A stretch of 64,000 nt of DNA from Gammaproteobacteria bacterium (GTDB taxonomy: Bacteria; Pseudomonadota; Gammaproteobacteria; Ga0077536): the NCBI GenBank assembly GCA_019747795.1, contig JAIEQK010000198.1:4647-68646 (forward strand), read 5' to 3'. A program made the translations under genes and the position numbers. Shown here piece after piece: positions 57,989 through 64,000 of this stretch. Position 1 is the stretch's first letter, and every line of letters starts with the position of its first letter. The notes below the pieces were generated by a model. It had not been told where the DNA came from, did no database searches, and saw nothing but the letters and a program-made list of their open reading frames with translations.

Positions 57989-59332
57989 GTGGCGCTCGAT
58001 TCGCTCACCGATACCTACCTCGCTTCGCCGACCCTGGCCGCCTGTTTCGGCGCCGACGCGACGGTCGCGCAGATGCTGGCCTTCGAAGCGGCGCTCGCCG
58101 CTGCCCAGGCGAGCCTCGGGCTCATCCCCGCCGAGGCGGCGCGCGCCATTGAGGACTGCTGTCGCGCGGCCCCGGTGGACGTCGCGGGCGTGCTACGCGA
58201 CACCGCCGCGAGCAGCACGCCCGCCATTCCGCTGGTCCAGCAACTGACGGTGGCGGTCGCCGCGCGGGACGGCGCGGCCGCGCACTACGTGCACTGGGGC
58301 GCCACCAGCCAGGACGTGATGGACACCGCGTCGATGCTCGCGGCGCGCGACGGCCTGGTCTTGCTCGCCGAGCGCCTCGCGCAATGCATGGAGGCGCTCG
58401 CGGGGCTCGCGCGCCGTGAGCGCGACACGCTGATGGTTGCACGCACCCTCGCGCAGCACGCCCTGCCGACCACCTTCGGCTACAAGGCCGCGCTGTGGCT
58501 GAACGCGCTGCTGGATCTCGCCGAGCGCTTGGACGCCACGCGCGCGTGCCTGCCGCTGCAGTTCGGCGGCGCGGCCGGCACGCTCGCCGCCTACGGCGAC
58601 GCGGGACCTGCGCTTCGCGACGCGCTGGCCGCGGCGCTCGGCCTCGAGGCGCGTCTGCCCTGGCATACCGATCGCACCGTGGTGCGCGAGCTGGCCGCGT
58701 TGCTCGCCGCGCTGTGCGCCGCGGCCGGCAAGATTGGCCATGATCTCGTGCTCGAGATGCAGAGCGAGGTGGCCGAATTGCAGGAAGGTGGCGGCGCGGG
58801 CCGGGGCGGCTCCTCGGCCATGCCGCACAAGCGCAACCCGGTGGCGGCGATGGCGGTGACCGCAGTGGCGCGCCGCGCGCCTGGGCTGCTGGCCACCGTG
58901 TTCGCGAGCTTCGATCACGATCACGAACGCGCGAGTGGCGCGTGGCATGCCGAATGGCTGGCGCTGCGCGAACTGTTCGTCGCGGCCGGCGCCGCGCTGG
59001 AACAACTGGCCGTCGCGCTTGGCGGGCTGGAGGTCCGTGCAGACGCGATGCGCGCCCATCTCGAGGCCGGCGGCGGCCGCGTGATGGCGGAGGCGGCGAG
59101 CATGGCGCTCGCGCCGGCGCTCGGGCGGGTCGCCGCGCAGGCGGTGGTCAAGCGCGCGCTGATGCGCGTGGACGCGAACCGCGGCCTGGCCGAGGCGCTC
59201 GCCGCTGAGCCGGAGGTGCGGGACCTCGCCGACGCGCTGGACCTCGCGCGGGTGCTCGACCCGCGCGGCTATCTCGGCGCCGCCGGCGAATTCACCGACC
59301 AGGTGCTGGCGCGTCACGCCGCGCGAACATGA
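57989..59332 (+). CDS. pcaB: 3-carboxy-cis,cis-muconate cycloisomerase
   Basis: 447 aa, fumarase/lyase class II fold with the GSSAMPHKRNP signature, in pca context. The track start is a GTG. Confidence 0.88.
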   Translation: MALDSLTDTYLASPTLAACFGADATVAQMLAFEAALAAAQASLGLIPAEAARAIEDCCRAAPVDVAGVLRDTAASSTPAIPLVQQLTVAVAARDGAAAHYVHWGATSQDVMDTASMLAARDGLVLLAERLAQCMEALAGLARRERDTLMVARTLAQHALPTTFGYKAALWLNALLDLAERLDATRACLPLQFGGAAGTLAAYGDAGPALRDALAAALGLEARLPWHTDRTVVRELAALLAALCAAAGKIGHDLVLEMQSEVAELQEGGGAGRGGSSAMPHKRNPVAAMAVTAVARRAPGLLATVFASFDHDHERASGAWHAEWLALRELFVAAGAALEQLAVALGGLEVRADAMRAHLEAGGGRVMAEAASMALAPALGRVAAQAVVKRALMRVDANRGLAEALAAEPEVRDLADALDLARVLDPRGYLGAAGEFTDQVLARHAART

Positions 59333-60531
59333 GCCACGCCGCGCCTGCCGGCCTGCCGGTGCTGGACGTCGATCCCTACGACGAGGCCCTGCTGCGCGCA
59401 CCGTGGGACTACTACGAAGCCCTGCGCGCCGCCGGCCCGGTGGTGTGGATCCCGCGCTACGGCGTGTGCGTGAGCGGCGCCATCGGCGTGGTCGAGCCGG
59501 TGTTCCGTGACTGGCGTCGCTTCTGTTCGTCACGTGGCGTGGGGCTCGCGGATTTCGCGCGTGAACCACCCTGGCGGCCGCCGAGCCTGGTGCTGGAAGT
59601 CGATCCGCCCGCCCATACCCGCACGCGCGAGGTGCTGGCCCGCGCGCTGTCGCCGAAGGCGGTGCAGGCCCTGGCGCCGCGCTTCGCGGCGGCCGCCACG
59701 CGCCATGTCGAGCGCGCGCTCGCGGCCGGCGAGATCGAGGCCGTGCGCTCGCTTGCCGCCGCCTATCCTCTGGAAGCCTTCGGCGACGCCGTCGGCATCG
59801 AGCCCGACGGTCGCGAACATCTTCTCACCTACGGACGCATGGTGTTCGACGCCCTCGGACCGGACAACGCGCTCCGCCGCGCCTCGCTGGCCGACGCCGC
59901 CAAGGTCGTGCCGTGGATCGCCGCGCGCTGCGCACGCGAGGCCTTGAGTCCGGATGGCTTCGGCGCGGCGATCCACGCCCAGGCCGCGGCCGGCGCGGTG
60001 AGCTCGGAGGAGGCCGCCCTGCTGGTGCGCTCGCTCCTGTCCGCCGGCATCGACACCACGGTCGCGACGCTCGCCAACCTGCTGTACTGCTTCGCTGTCC
60101 ATCCCGGGGAGTGGCAGAAGCTCCGCGCCGCGCCCGAACTGGCGCCGGCGGCCCTCGACGAGGTGCTGCGCCACACCGCGCCGATACATACCTTCTGCCG
60201 CACGGCGACCGAGGCGGTGACGTTCGAGGGCTGTACCGTGCCGGTGGACTGCAAGCTGCTGTGCGTCATGGGTGCGGCCAACCGCGATCCGGCACGCTGG
60301 GCGTCGCCCCTCGTGTTCGATATCACGCGGCCCGCGCGGCCGCACGTGGCCTTCGGCAGCGGCATCCACGTGTGCGTCGGGCAGCACGTGGCGCGCCAGG
60401 AGATCCTGGCCTTCGTCCAGGTGCTGTTGACGCGCGCGGCCCGCCTCGAAGTGACCGGAGAGCCGGCCTGGCAGGCCAACCATGCCGTGCACAGCCTGGC
60501 CAGCCTGCCGCTCCGCCTGGTGCCCGCCTGA
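59329..60531 (+). CDS. Cytochrome P450 monooxygenase
   Basis: 400 aa with the ExxR motif (DEVLRH) and the haem-thiolate loop FGSGIHVCVGQHVA. The ATG overlaps the pcaB stop (ATGA). The C-terminus ...HSLASLPLRLVPA resembles the CYP199A-type tails I remember. Confidence 0.9.
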   Translation: MSHAAPAGLPVLDVDPYDEALLRAPWDYYEALRAAGPVVWIPRYGVCVSGAIGVVEPVFRDWRRFCSSRGVGLADFAREPPWRPPSLVLEVDPPAHTRTREVLARALSPKAVQALAPRFAAAATRHVERALAAGEIEAVRSLAAAYPLEAFGDAVGIEPDGREHLLTYGRMVFDALGPDNALRRASLADAAKVVPWIAARCAREALSPDGFGAAIHAQAAAGAVSSEEAALLVRSLLSAGIDTTVATLANLLYCFAVHPGEWQKLRAAPELAPAALDEVLRHTAPIHTFCRTATEAVTFEGCTVPVDCKLLCVMGAANRDPARWASPLVFDITRPARPHVAFGSGIHVCVGQHVARQEILAFVQVLLTRAARLEVTGEPAWQANHAVHSLASLPLRLVPA

Positions 60532-60745
60532 GGTCCACCGCCCGGGCCCATCGCGGTCGAAAAGTCGCGCAAAACACGCTGTTGCGGCGCGATTAGAAGG
60601 GGCGTTCGGAATACTTCAAGTTTGTCACACTTCGGCCGCTGATGAAGGACAGCCCGGTACTCCGTGCCTATACTCGGCTCAAACGGTACCGGCCTGTGCG
60701 CACTTAACGCAGGCCCAAAACGAACGAGAAAGTGACGCGCCCGAC

Positions 60746-61603
60746 ATGTTGAACGTCACCAGCGTGCTGACCGCCATCGTCAGCGAAAGAGCCACCGAGC
60801 ACTTTCGTGCGCTCTATCCCCGCGCGTCCTGCGCGCGGCTGGATCTGGCCGTCACGGTCGCGCACACGGCGCTCGCCGCCATCGCGCGCAGCGACGCGCT
60901 CTACCACAACGTCGAACACACCACCCACGTCACCCTGGTCGGCCTGCAGATCCTGCGCGGCAAGCAGGAGCGTGAGCGCAGCGTGTCGCCGGAGGCGTGG
61001 AGCAACACGGTCATCGCGCTCCTGTGCCATGACATCGGCTACGTGCGCGGGCTGTGCCGCAACGACACCGATGCGGCGCTCGCGACCGGCGTCGACAACC
61101 AGATGTACCGCACCGTGGTCGGCACCAGCGACGCGGTGCTGATGCCCATTCACGTCAACCGCGGCAAGCGCTTCATCGAGGAACACTTCTTCGACAGCGA
61201 CCTGGTCGACACGCAGTTCGTCAACGCCTGCATCGAACGTACGCGTTTCCCGGTGCCGGACGACGCCTGGTACGCGCAGACCGCGGACTTTCCAGGGCTG
61301 GTGCGCGCGGCGGATCTGATCGGGCAGCTGAGCGATCCGCGCTACCTGAACAAGCTCTCGGCCATCTTCTACGAGTTCGAGGAAGTGGGTTTCAACCAGG
61401 TGCTGGGCTATGCGCGTCCGGGCGACCTGCTGAACAACTACCCGGGCTTCTTCGACAAGAGCGTCGCGCCCTACATAGGCGTTGGCGCGAGCTACCTGGA
61501 ACACACCGCCGAAGGTCGCGACGTGCTGTCCCATCTCTACGCCAATCTCGCGACCGCCCGCGCGGGCCTGGCGCCGGAACTGCGCGCAGCGGCGAATTCG
61601 TAA
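60746..61603 (+). CDS. HD-domain metal-dependent phosphohydrolase family protein
   Basis: Start at ATG 60746 (MLNVTSVL). The HD signature is YHNVEHTTHV...LLCHDIGY. It is preceded by a 214-nt intergenic region of lower G+C. Confidence 0.65.
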   Translation: MLNVTSVLTAIVSERATEHFRALYPRASCARLDLAVTVAHTALAAIARSDALYHNVEHTTHVTLVGLQILRGKQERERSVSPEAWSNTVIALLCHDIGYVRGLCRNDTDAALATGVDNQMYRTVVGTSDAVLMPIHVNRGKRFIEEHFFDSDLVDTQFVNACIERTRFPVPDDAWYAQTADFPGLVRAADLIGQLSDPRYLNKLSAIFYEFEEVGFNQVLGYARPGDLLNNYPGFFDKSVAPYIGVGASYLEHTAEGRDVLSHLYANLATARAGLAPELRAAANS

Positions 61604-61610
61604 CGCCCCC

Positions 61611-61686
61611 GTAGGTCGGACTTCAGTCCGACATTCGATCGATGTTGGGCGCCCCGGTATGAATGTCGGACTGAAGTCCGACCTAC
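61611..61686. repeat. REP/BIME-like pair of inverted palindromic units
   Basis: GTAGGTCGGACTTCAGTCCGACAT (61611-61634) and its exact reverse complement ATGTCGGACTGAAGTCCGACCTAC (61663-61686) are separated by 28 nt. Each unit is itself a hairpin (GTCGGAC-N4-GTCCGAC). The pair sits between convergent genes. Confidence 0.85.
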
Positions 61687-61690
61687 AGCC

Positions 61691-62761
61691 TCAATATCCC
61701 GCCTTCGCGTAAGGCGAATTTCCAGCTCGCTTGTACACCAGCAGATTGCGTCGATAGGCGCAGACCTGCGCACCGTGATGGTTGTGCGCGACGGTGTCGA
61801 CCGTGAGGATGCCTTCGTCGGCGCGCGACTTCGAGGTACGCGCGTCGACGATGGTCGAGGTCGCTTCCACTGTGTCGTTCTCCCACACCGGCGCGAGTTC
61901 GATGCCGGTCCAGCCGAGATTGGCGGACACGCGGCCGAAGGTGCGGGTGGTGAGCGCGGTGACCGCGCCGAGCAGCAGTGCTTCCGGCACGCGCAGGCGG
62001 CCGTCCGTGTGCGCCGCGAGCCAGGCGAGATCCTGGTAGCGCGCATCGTGGTCGAAGGCGCGCCGGCTGTGGCTCACGAGGTCGAAGCGATGAAAGCTGC
62101 GGCGCGGCGCGTGCACGAAGGACTCGCCCACCTGTGCGTCCTCGAAGAACAGGCCGAACTGCTCGACGAACACACCGTCTTCCTCTCGATAGCCGCTGAA
62201 GCGCGGCGCGGTGGCGGGCGTACCGACGTTGCCGTCCGATGGCGGCCAGTGGCCCGCGCGATGGATCTCCACGCGCGCGACCAGGGTGGCGAACAGCCCC
62301 TCGCTGCCGGGCGCCTCGCCGCTCGCGCGTTGCTTGTAGCCACGCAGGGCGAGCGTCACCACGCCGACGCTCGGGTCCGCGCTCTGCGCAGTCGCCAGCA
62401 CCTCGCTCTCGGCATACACCGTGTCGCCGCCGAACACGGGCGCCGACATCGCGATCTGCTCGAAGCCCAGGATCTCGCGGCGCGCGCCGAGCGTCTTGCT
62501 CGCCATGCCGAGCAGGCGCTGCACGGTGAGCGTGCTCACCATCAGCGGATGGCGCCAGCTGGCCTGCGCGGCGTAGCGCTCGTCGAAGTGGATCTGCGCG
62601 CCGTTGTAGGTGTCGAGCGTGTCGTCGGCGTTGTCCTGCTGGGTGAGCGTCACCCCCGGCCGATGGCGAAAGCGCTGGCCGACCGCGAAGTCCTCGAAGC
62701 GCAGCCCGTAGCGTTCGTGGTAGCGGCCGGGCGCGATCTCGTAGTAGACGGGAAAGCTCAT
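61691..62761 (-). CDS. MaoC-like (double hotdog) enoyl-CoA hydratase/dehydratase
   Basis: 356 aa with two hotdog-fold halves (FAVGQRFRHRPGVTLTQQD...; ...FEDAQVGESFVHAPRRSF...). It lies 10 nt downstream of the acyl-CoA dehydrogenase gene. Confidence 0.7.
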   Translation of the reverse strand: MSFPVYYEIAPGRYHERYGLRFEDFAVGQRFRHRPGVTLTQQDNADDTLDTYNGAQIHFDERYAAQASWRHPLMVSTLTVQRLLGMASKTLGARREILGFEQIAMSAPVFGGDTVYAESEVLATAQSADPSVGVVTLALRGYKQRASGEAPGSEGLFATLVARVEIHRAGHWPPSDGNVGTPATAPRFSGYREEDGVFVEQFGLFFEDAQVGESFVHAPRRSFHRFDLVSHSRRAFDHDARYQDLAWLAAHTDGRLRVPEALLLGAVTALTTRTFGRVSANLGWTGIELAPVWENDTVEATSTIVDARTSKSRADEGILTVDTVAHNHHGAQVCAYRRNLLVYKRAGNSPYAKAGY

Positions 62762-62771
62762 GGTGCCGCGC

Positions 62772-63941
62772 TCAGGCGATGGAATGCCGCTTGATCCACT
62801 GCCGCGCGATGATCATGCGCTGCATCTCGTTGGTGCCCTCGCCGATACAGGTCAGCGGCGAGTCGCGGTAGAAGCGCTCGATGTCGAATTCCTTCGAATA
62901 GCCGTAGCCACCGTGGATGCGCATCGCCTCGGTGCTGTTTTCGAGCGCGGCCTCGGAGGCGAAGAACTTCGCCATGCCGGCCTCCATGTCGCAGCGCTCC
63001 CCCCGATCGAAGGCCTCGGCGGCGTCGAGCGTCAGCAGGCGCGCCGCGCGCGCGCGGGTCACCATCTCGCCGAGTTTCAACTGAATCGCCTGGTGCTCGC
63101 AGATCGGCTTGCCGAAGGTCTTGCGCACCTGCGCGTAGTCGCTGGCGAGCCGAAGCGCGCCTTCGGCGAGACCGACGCCGCGCGCCGCGACGTTGATGCG
63201 TCCGAGCTCCAGACCGCCCGTGGCCTGGAAGAAGCCCTGCCCCTCGACGCCGCCGATCAGATGCTCCTTGGACAAGCGATAGTCCTGGAACACGAGTTCG
63301 CCCGAGTCGATGCACTTGTAGCCGAGCTTCTCCAGCTTGCGGCTCACGGTGAAGCCGGTCTGCTTGGGCGCGATGAAGAGACTCATACCCTTGTAGCGCG
63401 GCTCGGCCTTCGGATCGGTCTTGACCAGCAGCGCCACCGCTGAACCTTCGATGCCGTTCGAGATCCAGGTCTTGGTGCCGTTGATCACGTAGTCATCGCC
63501 GTCGCGGCGCGCGGTCATGCGAATGCTCTGCAGATCGGTGCCGGCGTCGGGCTCGGTGAGCGCGAGTCCGCCGCGCACTTCGCCGCTCGCGAACTTCGGC
63601 AGCCACAGGTCTTTCTGCGCCGGCGTCCCGAACTTCTCCACCGCGAGCGCGAGCATGAGGTGGGAATTGAAGATGCCGGTGATGGCCATCCACACGCTCG
63701 AGATCTCCATCACCACCTGGGCGTAGAGCCGCGCGGGCAGGCCGAGGCCGCCGTATTCCTGTGAGATGGTCGCGCCGAACAGTCCCATCTCCTTCATCTG
63801 CTCGACGATCTCCGTCGGATAGCGATCGGCGTGGTCGTATTCCTTGACCCGCGGTTTGAGTTCCTGCGCGGTCCAGCGGCGGATGGTGTCGAGGAAGACG
63901 GCTTCCTCCTGTGGGCCATAGGCCTGTTCTTTGATCGTCAT
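62772..63941 (-). CDS. Acyl-CoA dehydrogenase
   Basis: 389 aa containing GGLALTEPDAGTDL...INGTKTWISNG...IHGGYGYSKEFDIERFYRDSPLTCIGEGTNEMQ. Confidence 0.92.
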   Translation of the reverse strand: MTIKEQAYGPQEEAVFLDTIRRWTAQELKPRVKEYDHADRYPTEIVEQMKEMGLFGATISQEYGGLGLPARLYAQVVMEISSVWMAITGIFNSHLMLALAVEKFGTPAQKDLWLPKFASGEVRGGLALTEPDAGTDLQSIRMTARRDGDDYVINGTKTWISNGIEGSAVALLVKTDPKAEPRYKGMSLFIAPKQTGFTVSRKLEKLGYKCIDSGELVFQDYRLSKEHLIGGVEGQGFFQATGGLELGRINVAARGVGLAEGALRLASDYAQVRKTFGKPICEHQAIQLKLGEMVTRARAARLLTLDAAEAFDRGERCDMEAGMAKFFASEAALENSTEAMRIHGGYGYSKEFDIERFYRDSPLTCIGEGTNEMQRMIIARQWIKRHSIA

Positions 63942-64000
63942 CGCGCCCCCTCGTTCGGAACCGTCCGGCTGAAGGGCGCGAGGATAACCCCGCGCGGCCG

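Noticed and set aside
61611-61686. Possible minimal CRISPR-like repeat pair.
   Set aside because: There are only two units. They are in inverted rather than direct orientation, each is internally palindromic, and there are no cas genes. This is REP-type organisation.
61537-62046. 169-aa minus-strand ORF, and ORF 61482..61712 on the plus strand, crossing the REP pair (peptides such as VGLKSDL).
   Set aside because: They are translations of the palindromic repeat units and of the MaoC gene out of frame. The repeat explains the sequence better.

Overview
This 64-kb window comes from a high-G+C proteobacterial chromosome (60-nt lines counted by hand in core genes give about 65-70% G+C). No database search was run, so all calls rest on motifs, gene order and hand inspection.

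1. **1-27444:** the uninterrupted translation/transcription supercluster rplJ(partial)-rplL-rpoB-rpoC-rpsL-rpsG-fusA-tuf-S10-spc-alpha. It holds 39 plus-strand genes, including the 37-codon rpmJ that is missing from the ORF track.
2. **27445 to about 32500:** a lower-G+C islet directly behind rplQ. It contains a 1403-bp IS256-family element with imperfect terminal inverted repeats and an 8-bp target duplication but a dead transposase gene. It also holds about 0.84 kb of ORF-free, hairpin-rich sequence and an orphan multi-TM unorthodox sensor kinase (HisKA-HATPase-REC-Hpt).
3. **32287-46983:** a catabolic cluster. Genes are a 2-hydroxyacid dehydrogenase, HMG-CoA lyase, three crotonases, a Zn-ADH, a luciferase-like monooxygenase, an AraC regulator, an amidohydrolase_2, an SCP-x-type thiolase, a type I Baeyer-Villiger monooxygenase and an ABC-2 exporter.
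4. **46994-53015:** a six-gene minus-strand operon. It encodes a secreted alpha/beta hydrolase, a GPH symporter, a PhzS/salicylate-hydroxylase-like flavin monooxygenase, a RidA protein, and AmnB-like and AmnA-like extradiol dioxygenase subunits.
5. **53136-60531:** a Tim44-like protein, then seven translationally coupled genes pcaIJ-pcaHG-pobA-pcaB-P450.
6. **60746-63941:** an HD-domain protein, a REP-like palindrome pair, a double-hotdog MaoC hydratase and an acyl-CoA dehydrogenase.

I found no rRNA, tRNA or CRISPR array. Many long antisense ORFs in the track are G+C artefacts.
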